Below are positions 18,969 to 28,409 of a DNA stretch of 45,721 bases, piece after piece. The notes beneath the pieces are model-generated. The model was not told the origin of the DNA. It worked only from the letters and a program-made list of their open reading frames with translations, and searched no databases. This DNA is from a virus (taxonomy: Duplodnaviria; Caudoviricetes): the IMG/VR virus record IMGVR_UViG_3300030330_003185, positions 1 through 45,721 of that record. The stretch is one strand, 5' to 3'. The translations under genes were made by a program, and so were the position numbers. Positions within the stretch are counted from its first letter, which is position 1, and every line of letters begins with the position of its first letter.

Positions 18969-20479
18969 TCCTCCAACGTAATTGCTACAGATGTAGTTAA
19001 GAACAGACGGGCAATAGACATAGCGGCCAAAAACGATTCACGCGCTACGCGAGCAGGGTCATAAATGTCTTCAAGATTACCAAACTCACCTGTAAGAGCA
19101 TTGAAGCCGCCAAGAACCCAAGTGTTGAGAACTTCTTCGGTCATGTTTGAGTTTTCAAGCAAACAACGAATAGGTTCGTAAAGTGCATCCATTAACATAT
19201 TATGCACAACCGAAAGAGTTTGTCCTGCACTTTCAGCAATAGCATGAGCAATATCAGCGTAAGTCATACCGCCACCGCGAACAATACCTTCAGCAAGAGC
19301 GGCTCTCGTTGCATTTAAAGCATCATCAAGCCTTTCCTTTGATTCTCTCATTTCAATAGCAGAAGATGCACCAATTTGGATAGTGGCTACCCCTCCCTTC
19401 AAACGAGCAACACGATGTTTAATCCGGTTCTTATCATATCCTTCCATATCTTCAGCCATTGAACGGAGTGTTTCGATTCGGGACTGAACATCACCGTCGC
19501 CACCGATAATTGTTGTGTATTCCTTTGAAACAATTACTCTCTCACAAGAACCAAAATCTCCAATGGAAACTAAGGTCGGGTCATCGTTGCTTTCATTATT
19601 GAAAATCTTTCCTCCAATAAGAGCGTTAAGATCGCCCAATTCATCTAATTGTGCATCGCCAAAGTTAGGGGCAAGAATTGCTGCAACCTGCACAGTCTGT
19701 TGAAGAATATTCATTACTAGGTTATTCATGGCCGAACCTTCAATACCCTTACACATAATGAGAAGAGGCCGCTTTTGAACAGAAGCAATTTCAAGCATGG
19801 GCAAAAGGTCTTGGAAGTTACGGAAAGAAAGGTTGGACATAAAGATGAGAGGGTTCTCAAATTCACACGTTCCGTTTTCTTTATTAGCCATTAGATGACT
19901 AAGGTAGCCTTCATCAAGACGAACACCTTCTCTAACAATTAGTTGATTCTTATAGGTTTTACCTTCTTCAACAGTAATTACGCCGTCCTTTCCTACAGTC
20001 TTTACTGCTTCAGTAATCATGCCCGCGATTTCTGTATCGTTATTTGATGAGATAAAAGCCACATCAAAAACATCATCTTCTGTAATAGATTGAGATGCTT
20101 CTTCAATCTTAGTCACAACAAACTCTTGGATATTAGAAAGTTCATCTTGAAATACCCGCATGTTTTCAATGTTAGAGTAATGACTGAAGATGTTGTTACA
20201 TAACGAACGTGCAAGAATACACGCCGTTGTTGTCCCATCACCGGATTTATCCTGTGCTTGGCTAGCAAGATTTTGAACCATCTGAATACCCATTTGAACA
20301 TAAGGGTCTTCGTGCTTAACGTATTTTGTGATAGTTACACCGTCATTGATGATAACAGGCGGGCTCCCTTGAAGAATCGCCGTCTTAGCCTGTGGGCCAA
20401 GTGTAGGCGAAACTGCATCAGCAACCATATTAATACCTTGCAATAGTTTTTGCTTAACTTCACTTTCTGTAGTAATCAT
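18965..20479 (-). CDS. groEL: group I chaperonin GroEL
   Basis: TLGP, NDGVTI, GDGTTT, GKDGVITVEEG, APNFGD, ARLKGGVA, ERLDDALNATRAA, DPARV. Confidence 0.96.
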   Translation of the reverse strand: MITTESEVKQKLLQGINMVADAVSPTLGPQAKTAILQGSPPVIINDGVTITKYVKHEDPYVQMGIQMVQNLASQAQDKSGDGTTTACILARSLCNNIFSHYSNIENMRVFQDELSNIQEFVVTKIEEASQSITEDDVFDVAFISSNNDTEIAGMITEAVKTVGKDGVITVEEGKTYKNQLIVREGVRLDEGYLSHLMANKENGTCEFENPLIFMSNLSFRNFQDLLPMLEIASVQKRPLLIMCKGIEGSAMNNLVMNILQQTVQVAAILAPNFGDAQLDELGDLNALIGGKIFNNESNDDPTLVSIGDFGSCERVIVSKEYTTIIGGDGDVQSRIETLRSMAEDMEGYDKNRIKHRVARLKGGVATIQIGASSAIEMRESKERLDDALNATRAALAEGIVRGGGMTYADIAHAIAESAGQTLSVVHNMLMDALYEPIRCLLENSNMTEEVLNTWVLGGFNALTGEFGNLEDIYDPARVARESFLAAMSIARLFLTTSVAITLEE

Positions 20480-20559
20480 TCATTACCCTCCGAACAACAT
20501 TCTTCATAACGCCAATATTTGCCGCAAGATTCACATTCAACTGCAATTGCTCCGCACAT
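20476..20559 (-). CDS. 27-aa Cys-rich microprotein
   Basis: MCGAIAVECESCGKYWRYEECCSEGNE exactly fills the groES-groEL gap with ATGA overlap. Confidence 0.45.
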   Translation of the reverse strand: MCGAIAVECESCGKYWRYEECCSEGNE

Positions 20560-20793
20560 TTAGTTCACCACACAAAAGATATCCGAATATGGAACAAACA
20601 TAAAGTCACCATACTTTTCATACTTCTTTCGACCATTGAACATTACCTTCTTGTTATTAAGGTCACTATCCATCGAACAAGCAACGCACATTCCCACGTT
20701 ACCGTGAGAAGAAACAATACCTGAAGCAGTTTCAGTCTTTTCAATCTTAACTACTGCGTAGTTTCCAACAGAATTAACAATACTGTAACTCAT
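20560..20793 (-). CDS. groES: GroES-like co-chaperonin
   Basis: GNYAVVK...ETASGIV mobile loop, KVMF, FVPYSDIFCVV; upstream of groEL. Confidence 0.8.
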   Translation of the reverse strand: MSYSIVNSVGNYAVVKIEKTETASGIVSSHGNVGMCVACSMDSDLNNKKVMFNGRKKYEKYGDFMFVPYSDIFCVVN

Positions 20794-21197
20794 TCTTCTT
20801 CACCCTTAAGTTCAGGAATCGGAATCCAACGGCGGACTCCGGGCTTAACGTAAGCATACACATGAGTCTTATAAAACTCCTTTAAATGCTTATCTCGCTT
20901 TCCGGCCTTTGCTTGACGAGCATTTCCGGGAATATGCATTTCATCACGCTTTTGTTTAACATCTTTGGGATGACGTGCCTTATGCTTTTCAACACGCTTT
21001 GAACATTCCATCGGTTCAACAGGGACAAGCATTTGAATTGTGTTGGTGAACTTCTTTCCACCTCTTCCCTCAGTTACCTCCTTTTTATAGACCGTATGCA
21101 TATTCACAGTTCCATTCTTATATGCTCGCGTTGAGCGAGTATAATCCAATGTGAACATCGCTCCACTTTCTTGTCGCTTTCTTTCAAATTTCTTCAT
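20790..21197 (-). CDS. hypothetical highly basic protein
   Basis: 135-aa K/R-rich ORF. Confidence 0.6.
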   Translation of the reverse strand: MKKFERKRQESGAMFTLDYTRSTRAYKNGTVNMHTVYKKEVTEGRGGKKFTNTIQMLVPVEPMECSKRVEKHKARHPKDVKQKRDEMHIPGNARQAKAGKRDKHLKEFYKTHVYAYVKPGVRRWIPIPELKGEEE

Positions 21198-21733
21198 TCT
21201 TCTTCACTTCCAATTTTTGTTAGCAGTAGGTTTTCATCATCCGTAAGTCTGATGTGGGTATATTGGTGGCCTGCTTCACCATCCCAAATACCCCATTCAT
21301 TGTGACCAAGCACTTCAGCACGTCGCATGTGAATACGCCATGTATCAATCGTCTTCCAATCAGTCCCGCTAAAATACGCTGAACCAAACGGATGCGTATG
21401 AATCCAACACTTAATCGGCAATTTCATTCCGATTGGTGGTGCGGGAAAATCAACATATCCGGGCGAACCAACAGACCAATGCAAATTATCTGCACCATCA
21501 ATCACTACCTGAATTTCAAGGCCGGGAAACAATCCTGTCGAACAACCCCAAATTGCTTCATTTAACTCGGGGTGATGTGTGTCGCTCATTTCACCATAAA
21601 CTTCTTTATAGTGTTCCCAAACGTCTCTAATGATTCTATCAGCAGACTTCCAATCTTCATATGCAGAATCATCATCTGAATTGATTTCGTCAAAGAATCT
21701 ATCCTTAATCTTTCCCATTTCATTCATCTCCAT
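21194..21733 (-). CDS. JAB/MPN+ (JAMM) metalloprotease, Ubl-processing or deconjugating enzyme
   Basis: Intact JAMM motif: E (GLEIQ) ... WIHTHPFGSAYFSGTD (HxH-x7-S-x2-D). Confidence 0.9.
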   Translation of the reverse strand: MEMNEMGKIKDRFFDEINSDDDSAYEDWKSADRIIRDVWEHYKEVYGEMSDTHHPELNEAIWGCSTGLFPGLEIQVVIDGADNLHWSVGSPGYVDFPAPPIGMKLPIKCWIHTHPFGSAYFSGTDWKTIDTWRIHMRRAEVLGHNEWGIWDGEAGHQYTHIRLTDDENLLLTKIGSEEE

Positions 21734-22697
21734 TTGTTAGAATTGCACCATACTTGGTAGCCATCTTGTCCAATCGCTTCTGAATCTTTGCGGCCTTACG
21801 CGCCACACGCTTCATACGGCGGCGTTCAAACCATCCCATACGCGGCTCAGTTTGTTTTTGTTCCTCTTCCGCCTTACGAGCGGCAAGGATGCGAGAGGCC
21901 TCCATAACAATAGCGATTCTCGAAGGTTCTTCCGAGTCCCAAATGTCCTCATATCGGCCTGCAAGAGCGCGATAATCCCTTTGGTATTTTTCGCGCATTT
22001 GGTCAATACTCAGAGTATGGAAATCAACCAAGATTCCCAACTCTTCTTGTGGACTGTAGTTACATCGATTTTTGACCCACTTTTTATCCTTGGGTGCTTC
22101 TTTTACCTCTTCCGGCAAGGACATTGGCTTAATCCGTTCAATATTCTCAACAGGGGCAGACTTGGAAGTTGGACGGCCCTTCTTATCTTCATAATTGTAT
22201 TTGTTTTTGCAAGACTTCGGAGTTCTTCCTAACTTCTTAGAAATCTCTTCCCAAGTGAAATTTTGTTGCCTTAGAGAAAACAACTTGGAAGTTTCTTCAT
22301 CAGTCCACCTATTAGGTCTGGCCCTCTGCATCTTTTCTACTCTATACCTAGTCATATTAGTCTTAGAGATATCAGCGTTATTAGCAACAAAAACATCACA
22401 AATACTCTTAACCTTTGGATAGGAGAATCCTGTCTTTTGGGTAATTTGCTTGTATGTAGCCCCCTTCTCTCGGAGTTTCACAACTTCCTTAAGGCTGTTA
22501 GGGAGAGACATAGCAGCAATTTCTGTATTTGCTTGCTTTTGCTCAGGGGTCGCCAATGCTCGCTTTACTTGAGAAACCGTAGGTTTCTTTCGATAAACGG
22601 CTTCAAGCCGACGAGCGATGTTTCCATAGCCCATTTCTTTCGTTCGTAGTCTTTGCATAAATTCAATTTCTTCTTCTGTAAAATTCATTCTATTCAC
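21720..22697 (-). CDS. multi-HTH protein with Myb/SANT-like repeats
   Basis: RWTDEETSKL...WEEISKKLGRTPKSCKNKY; related FTEEEIEF and YSPQEELG repeats. Confidence 0.75.
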   Translation of the reverse strand: MNRMNFTEEEIEFMQRLRTKEMGYGNIARRLEAVYRKKPTVSQVKRALATPEQKQANTEIAAMSLPNSLKEVVKLREKGATYKQITQKTGFSYPKVKSICDVFVANNADISKTNMTRYRVEKMQRARPNRWTDEETSKLFSLRQQNFTWEEISKKLGRTPKSCKNKYNYEDKKGRPTSKSAPVENIERIKPMSLPEEVKEAPKDKKWVKNRCNYSPQEELGILVDFHTLSIDQMREKYQRDYRALAGRYEDIWDSEEPSRIAIVMEASRILAARKAEEEQKQTEPRMGWFERRRMKRVARKAAKIQKRLDKMATKYGAILTNGDE

Positions 22698-22698
22698 C

Positions 22699-23256
22699 TC
22701 AAATATTAAAAGTCATAAACGCCTTCGTGTCTTCATTGTTAAAATACTTCTGAATCCATTGTGCGCCTGCACCTGCAATCATAGCGTTCATAAGGTTCAC
22801 GCCTGCACCTGAACCATCCCAATTCTCACTTTGACACGAAAAAGAGCCTTCAGGTCCGGCCAAGAGAGAATCGTAAAGCGCAGGGTCAGCGTTATGCGTC
22901 ACAAGTGCCGCATTCCTACCTTGAGCGCGAAGGTCCAACCACTTAAGGGTTGTGTTGTAGAGAGTGCGTCTAACTCCTAGGTTATCCACACAAGAAACAA
23001 CGAGGTCATAACCTTCCATTTGCTTTGCAGTTAAAATCGGATAAGGGCTAGCCTTTGAGACATTATTGTGAATGTCTTGCATTGACTGAGCCTTATTCTG
23101 TCCAACATTCAAAGGCAGGTAATTCTGATAAAGAAGGTTCTTTGTTTCCACCTTATCAGGGTCAGCCACCGTAATGTCGTATTCGTTAATTCTATCCAAA
23201 AGGGGAATCAAGAAACTTCCAATTCCACCTGCTCCAATTACTAAAATTTTCTTCAT
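22699..23256 (-). CDS. ThiF/MoeB/E1-family Ubl-activating enzyme
   Basis: ILVIGAGGIGS, DPDKVETKNLLYQ, VGQNKA, VSCVDN..R; candidate catalytic Cys in GSFSCQ. Confidence 0.92.
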   Translation of the reverse strand: MKKILVIGAGGIGSFLIPLLDRINEYDITVADPDKVETKNLLYQNYLPLNVGQNKAQSMQDIHNNVSKASPYPILTAKQMEGYDLVVSCVDNLGVRRTLYNTTLKWLDLRAQGRNAALVTHNADPALYDSLLAGPEGSFSCQSENWDGSGAGVNLMNAMIAGAGAQWIQKYFNNEDTKAFMTFNI

Positions 23257-24129
23257 TTAAATCATCTCAAAATCGTTTAGTGTTTTGCCTTTGATTTCTC
23301 TCGGAAGTTTGAATCCGAAAGGTTTAATCAAGCGTTTTACTTCTTGAATCATAGACGCACGGGACACAAAGGCGAAGTCCTCGATTGCCTTTCCTGTGAT
23401 TTTATAATCATACATAATGCTCGTCATATAAACAATAGACGCCACAAATGATTTACTCTTACTGATTGTTAGTGCTTCAAGCACTTTCTCAAAATGAACC
23501 AACGTTTCACAACACAGGCTAGAAAACGTTGGGTCTTCACAGACTAGTTGGGCGAGCCTCTTTACTTCAAAGTCTGTAGTGTTTTGATTCACAGTTTTAT
23601 TTCCATAGTGCTTGGTGATTCTGCGAATCAATCTATTTACCGCTTTACGAGATACGTCATATTCTTGACAAACTAATGAAAGAGGAACAGGAGTTCTGTT
23701 TTCCTTCATAACGTAATAAGCAATAGCAGTTGCTCTCACTTCCATACCGTATTGTCCAAAGACACGCTTTCGGAAACACTCACGATAAATTTGTTCGGTT
23801 CTCTCCTTAAGAACAGATGGGAAACCTAAAGAGCCGAACACCATATTAGTTAGTTGAATACCTTTCATAATTGCTCTTTCGGTATCTGAAACACCGCGAG
23901 TCATATGATGGCCTGCTCCTGTTCTTACAGTCGAAATCCTCTTATCTGTAAAACTTCCCAAGTGACCTTTATCGCCTGTTCTAGCGTTACCGAAGTCGCC
24001 AACGGTATAACCGCGAACAGTTTCTTCAAACTGTTCAATGACGATAACTAAACCGCAATCGTCGCAAACCCTTTCACCAAGTCTTTCATCAAAAGACGTT
24101 TCTCTTGAACCGCATTCATCACACCGCAT
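23257..24129 (-). CDS. tfb: transcription initiation factor TFB/TFIIB
   Basis: Zn ribbon CDECG...GERVCDDCGLV followed by two cyclin-like repeats. Confidence 0.9.
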   Translation of the reverse strand: MRCDECGSRETSFDERLGERVCDDCGLVIVIEQFEETVRGYTVGDFGNARTGDKGHLGSFTDKRISTVRTGAGHHMTRGVSDTERAIMKGIQLTNMVFGSLGFPSVLKERTEQIYRECFRKRVFGQYGMEVRATAIAYYVMKENRTPVPLSLVCQEYDVSRKAVNRLIRRITKHYGNKTVNQNTTDFEVKRLAQLVCEDPTFSSLCCETLVHFEKVLEALTISKSKSFVASIVYMTSIMYDYKITGKAIEDFAFVSRASMIQEVKRLIKPFGFKLPREIKGKTLNDFEMI

Positions 24130-25267
24130 TAAAATCAACTCTATATTTATTTTCTTTTGCAATTAGGTAACGTTGAATTGTGCTAACGATTGTTACTGTT
24201 AAAGTATCGTTAAGAAGAGCCAAGGCCCTAGCAGCGAATTGGTCGCCTGTTGAAGAACCTCGCGCCATGTTATCAATGCAAATAGGACCACGCCATGAAG
24301 GCTTCGGCTTAATAGCATTTCCTTCATCATCATATGTAGTATGACCCGGTTGCCAGACATATGTGCTAACGTTCTGAATTTCAGACTTATACGTGCTTTC
24401 TGATAACTTCCAATCATAACCACGGCCACGAACAAACATTACTGCCCTTCCGTCTGTATCATATGTTAGTTTAATCTTTTCGGGATATTGCTTCACAAGG
24501 TCATGCATTAATTCAATCGCACGCTTTTCAACAATATCTTGTTGTCGATTCTGCTTCAAAAACTCAATCATTACCTTAACATCTGAATCCTTTGGTCGGT
24601 GTCCCATCAGACGCTCATAAAGACTCTGAGGCGAAAGGTTCTTCCAAGAACCACGCTTCTTTCCTAGAACGTAGTAGTTATAATAAGTAGTTAGGTCCTT
24701 GAAACTAATTTCGCCCCAAACGCCATCAGCAATCTCGATTGCACAAGAATCATCGTCAATCTGCATCACGTTCAAGCGAACCTCAATCTTTCTAAAGTTC
24801 TCAAAGAAGAAATATGGTAGGCGGTTTTCAATAACATAAGACACCGCTTCCGGCATATCAAGACGACTCATGAAATATTGCATGAGTTTGACAGGGCTTT
24901 CTTCAAAGATACTCTTATACAAAACGCGAGCAAGGATATCTGAAATTTCGGCAAGGGACTTAGTTTGACCATTGATTTGATACTTAGTTCCCTCCTTAGA
25001 TAGAACAATTGGAAGAGAACCAAACTTAAATGATTTTGCACTTCCATTGAAATGCTTACCAAATGCTGTGACCATTTCCTTCATCTTCTTTGTGATTGAA
25101 AAATGCAGGGGGTTCTGTGTATTCTTACGGTCGGCATAAATATTAAGACTATTTGGTGCAATAACATACCTGTCTGTATCAGACCCATCAAAATAAATTC
25201 TAGCAGTATAATATTGCCCTGAATCGTTAGGCTTGTAAATATAAAATGAAATACATTGCTTTCCCAT
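24119..25267 (-). CDS. hypothetical protein with candidate C-terminal E2 (UBC-like) domain
   Basis: WRGPICIDN...ARALALLND resembles E2 GxICLD...LLxD; two genes from E1. Confidence 0.4.
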   Translation of the reverse strand: MGKQCISFYIYKPNDSGQYYTARIYFDGSDTDRYVIAPNSLNIYADRKNTQNPLHFSITKKMKEMVTAFGKHFNGSAKSFKFGSLPIVLSKEGTKYQINGQTKSLAEISDILARVLYKSIFEESPVKLMQYFMSRLDMPEAVSYVIENRLPYFFFENFRKIEVRLNVMQIDDDSCAIEIADGVWGEISFKDLTTYYNYYVLGKKRGSWKNLSPQSLYERLMGHRPKDSDVKVMIEFLKQNRQQDIVEKRAIELMHDLVKQYPEKIKLTYDTDGRAVMFVRGRGYDWKLSESTYKSEIQNVSTYVWQPGHTTYDDEGNAIKPKPSWRGPICIDNMARGSSTGDQFAARALALLNDTLTVTIVSTIQRYLIAKENKYRVDFNAV

Positions 25268-25271
25268 ATTA

Positions 25272-25439
25272 TCACATCATATAAATTGTTTTATCTTCTT
25301 TCTTTGCACAATGTTCGTGCATTTCTCTTTTGAAATCTTCGGGGATAAGAAGTTGTCCACCACAGATTCGGCATCGTGTAGCCGTTCTTTTCTTATAGCC
25401 ACGGCTATTATCTGTATATTCGGGGTCATGTTCTTTCAT
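25272..25439 (-). CDS. 55-aa zinc-finger protein
   Basis: Manual translation: CRICGG...HEHC; ATGA overlap with the deaminase. Confidence 0.6.
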   Translation of the reverse strand: MKEHDPEYTDNSRGYKKRTATRCRICGGQLLIPEDFKREMHEHCAKKEDKTIYMM

Positions 25440-25771
25440 AGTATCACCTTATGTAGCCCATCACGGCTAGTATAATAAATACGACGGATGCCCGCCTTTT
25501 TGATTGCTTCCATGCAATTGTCGCACGGTTTCGCCATCGCCATTCCTGTTGGCGTATGTCGAGTAACGTAAATGTCTGCACCTTCAGTTTTACTCGCCTG
25601 TTTAATGGCGTTCACTTCGGCGTGACCTTTACGGGTATTGCTTGCGATGGAAAGAATCTTTCCGCCGCGAACAATTACCGCACCGAGGCGATAGATGTAG
25701 TCGCATTCTTTTGCCTTTTTACGGGCAACCTTTAGAATTCTAGATTTTTTACACATGATAAAACCACACAC
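25436..25771 (-). CDS. cytidine/dCMP deaminase-family zinc enzyme
   Basis: LGAVIV, HAEVNAI, PCDNC, AGIRRIYY. Confidence 0.9.
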   Translation of the reverse strand: MCGFIMCKKSRILKVARKKAKECDYIYRLGAVIVRGGKILSIASNTRKGHAEVNAIKQASKTEGADIYVTRHTPTGMAMAKPCDNCMEAIKKAGIRRIYYTSRDGLHKVIL

Positions 25772-26091
25772 AATTTACATTTAGTATTACAATTAACATC
25801 GTGATATTCGATGGCTTCATTATATTGCTCAATACGAGAGTTAAAGAAGGTATGGAACCCTTCATCAATACACTTGGGGTATCTCCACATAATTTTTGTT
25901 AGGTTTTCCCAAACCCTTCTGATTCTTTCTTCGTCATCATAGAGGCGATAGGCAATCTCAATCGCGTCTTTTATCTCAGCAAACTCCTCTCTGCTAAATT
26001 CATTTGCTGATAGACAAAGAGCATGTAAGGGAAACAATTCCCTATCCTTCTTTTTAAATTTCACAGGCTCCACCGGCACAAGCCAATTCAC
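25732..26091 (-). CDS. hypothetical protein
   Basis: Co-oriented ORF. Confidence 0.5.
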   Translation of the reverse strand: MNWLVPVEPVKFKKKDRELFPLHALCLSANEFSREEFAEIKDAIEIAYRLYDDEERIRRVWENLTKIMWRYPKCIDEGFHTFFNSRIEQYNEAIEYHDVNCNTKCKLCVVLSCVKNLEF

Positions 26092-27907
26092 CAGAAAGGT
26101 TTGTCTCGTCAGTCATTTCAATAACCTGAGTTAAATCAATACCTCGAAGAGCCTTACTCAATTCATCAAAGGTTTCCTTATCACAAGTCTCAAATGGTGC
26201 TTGGGTGTATGTTCCACCATCATAAGGTAATACGGACAAACCATTATAATAGTGGCGGTTCATCCACATCCATTCACCAACATCGTTCCATTCGTCTTGC
26301 TTAATTGAAATAGTTGCAGAAACGTTATGTGTGTTTGAACCTTCACGGTGTCCACTTCGCACCCAACGAATGCTGAAGTTCTTCACACGTTCAAGAAGTT
26401 CAAATACGTTTTCACTACGAGTAATCGCACCTTTGGGAGCCTTTTGAGGAACAGAAATTACTGCCTGTTGTGTCGGATTAAAGAATTCATCTTCCACCAA
26501 TTCAGGGTGATGCTCAGAAAGATAACCATAGATGGCTTCGTTCTTTCCAACACGAATACGTCGAATATAATATTCATCGTGCCATGCATGAATACCAGAA
26601 GAAGTCCCAAGAACAAGAGAAGTTGTTCCGGCAGGCTTTACGCAAGTTACACGAGCCGCTTCTTTTACTCCAATCAATTTAGAAATACGACTGTTTTCTA
26701 ACTTAGCAGCGAAAGCAGCCATTTCGAGGTCGAGATGTTCAACCCTGTTTGAAGCAATACCCGTCATAGACACACCAAGAAGTGCGTCTTTTTCTGTGGT
26801 CTTGCGCCAGACTTCACGAAGATAGTGGAAATCTGAATAGCCTGCTTGAAGAGTTCCGAGAAAAGCGGCGGCTTTCACTCTAGATTCAAGGTCTGTTTGG
26901 TCTTCAACATCGGAAGCATTTACCTCAGTAAGATTACAGAACTGATAAGGTCGCAAAGCAATTTCACAACAGGGATTGGTTCCCCAATCCTTATCGTTAC
27001 TGAAATAAAGTCCGGGTTCGCCTGAACCACTTGCTTCAATGCGCTTCCACAAATCCATAAAGAATTCCTTAGTTACACGGTGTCGGAGAATAACGGCAGA
27101 ATTGTTTGCACGTCCACGTTGAGGGTTGTTCTCCCACCAAGAGCCAGACTTACATGCAATCATTTCAGCATCATCAGCAGAGAAAAGACTAATCATAGCC
27201 GCACGACGAATACCGCCACTAAGAACTGCATCAGCAATGTGGCACATGATATCATGTGAATGAAGAGGGCTTAGTTTTTCACCATCTTGAATGTTTTGAA
27301 GAATCCCCTCAACCTTAACGAGACATTCACGAAGAGGTTGAGGTCCGGGTGCTTTCCCACCAGAAGTTTTCAAAATAGAACCCTTTGGTCTAATATCAGA
27401 ATAATCAAAAGCAGGAGTCGAAGTGCGAATACCAATATAAGATTCCATTAGAACCTTTACAGCATCAGCCCACCCTTCGATAGAATCAGCAATAAGGTGA
27501 CGACGCTTACGGTCGGCTTTGGGATGACGAATTTCTGGTAATTGTTCAATATGATGTCGTTGGACGGAATATCCCACCCCCGTTCCACCGAGAAGAAGGA
27601 ACATAGCCTCAGAAAAAGATAAATAGGAGTCAAGAGGCATATAAGCACAATTATAGATACGGTTTGGGCTAATTTCAATGGGTTTCCCTCCAAATTGCAT
27701 AGAGCGCATAGACGGCAAAACTTTCTTTGCCCTCACAAATTTTTCATACACAGATTCAATTTCACCCGCAAGGTCAGGATAAGTTTTAATGTGCATATTT
27801 CTATTTCGAGTAACAATCTCGTCCCATGTTTCTCGACGAGTTAGATTCTCGTTATATTTAGCGTATTTCATATGCACGGTAATATCAGATAAAATTTCTG
27901 TGTTCAT
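26054..27907 (-). CDS. nrdJ: class II (adenosylcobalamin-dependent) ribonucleotide reductase
   Basis: YNCA, GGTGVG, GGIRRAA, TNPCCEI, CNLTE, VKPAGT, C-terminal CAGGAC; no beta subunit nearby. Confidence 0.93.
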   Translation of the reverse strand: MNTEILSDITVHMKYAKYNENLTRRETWDEIVTRNRNMHIKTYPDLAGEIESVYEKFVRAKKVLPSMRSMQFGGKPIEISPNRIYNCAYMPLDSYLSFSEAMFLLLGGTGVGYSVQRHHIEQLPEIRHPKADRKRRHLIADSIEGWADAVKVLMESYIGIRTSTPAFDYSDIRPKGSILKTSGGKAPGPQPLRECLVKVEGILQNIQDGEKLSPLHSHDIMCHIADAVLSGGIRRAAMISLFSADDAEMIACKSGSWWENNPQRGRANNSAVILRHRVTKEFFMDLWKRIEASGSGEPGLYFSNDKDWGTNPCCEIALRPYQFCNLTEVNASDVEDQTDLESRVKAAAFLGTLQAGYSDFHYLREVWRKTTEKDALLGVSMTGIASNRVEHLDLEMAAFAAKLENSRISKLIGVKEAARVTCVKPAGTTSLVLGTSSGIHAWHDEYYIRRIRVGKNEAIYGYLSEHHPELVEDEFFNPTQQAVISVPQKAPKGAITRSENVFELLERVKNFSIRWVRSGHREGSNTHNVSATISIKQDEWNDVGEWMWMNRHYYNGLSVLPYDGGTYTQAPFETCDKETFDELSKALRGIDLTQVIEMTDETNLSGELACAGGACEI

Positions 27908-27910
27908 GTT

Positions 27911-28297
27911 TCAGCACCTCACTTTTGATGTTTTAGGTAGTCTATCTAGGGTAGTAAAAGAATAGATAAAATCAGACCCATCACGGGTGATTACCCATTC
28001 CTTTTCTTCGTGAAAAACCCACTCAGAGAAATTTTTGATTGCTTCAATTCCATGAATAGCAATCAGTTCATTTACGTCTGTGTATTCAGCCCCCGCGTAT
28101 TCAACGCGAGTCTGTCCCGACGCATAAATGTAGCCCTTCTTGCTTGTCGCAATTACGTGGCTTTCGGGATAAAAGTCTGGTTTAAAGGCGGCAACTTCAT
28201 CAAACACAACGGGAGTATTCATACTCCAACCATTTAATTCTAGCATTAGTTTTAATCCGCCTATTGAAATTAAGTTTTTTAAGTCCATGGTTCTCAA
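27911..28297 (-). CDS. hypothetical protein
   Basis: Co-oriented ORF. Confidence 0.6.
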   Translation of the reverse strand: MRTMDLKNLISIGGLKLMLELNGWSMNTPVVFDEVAAFKPDFYPESHVIATSKKGYIYASGQTRVEYAGAEYTDVNELIAIHGIEAIKNFSEWVFHEEKEWVITRDGSDFIYSFTTLDRLPKTSKVRC

Positions 28298-28385
28298 TAA
28301 AAAAAGGGGAGCGCAACCATAAAGGTCACACTCCCGAATAAAAGTGGGGGAAGAAGACTATGGGCGGTCTTCCTCCCCCTAAAAA
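28298..28385 (-). terminator. tandem hairpin-plus-T-tract terminators downstream of the Ubl gene
   Basis: Minus strand GGGGGAGGAAGAC/GTCTTCTTCCCCC then TTTT, and GGGAGTGTGACC/GGTTGCGCTCCC then T7. Confidence 0.6.
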
Positions 28386-28409
28386 GGGTTGCAGCCGGAA
28401 ACTAACGCT

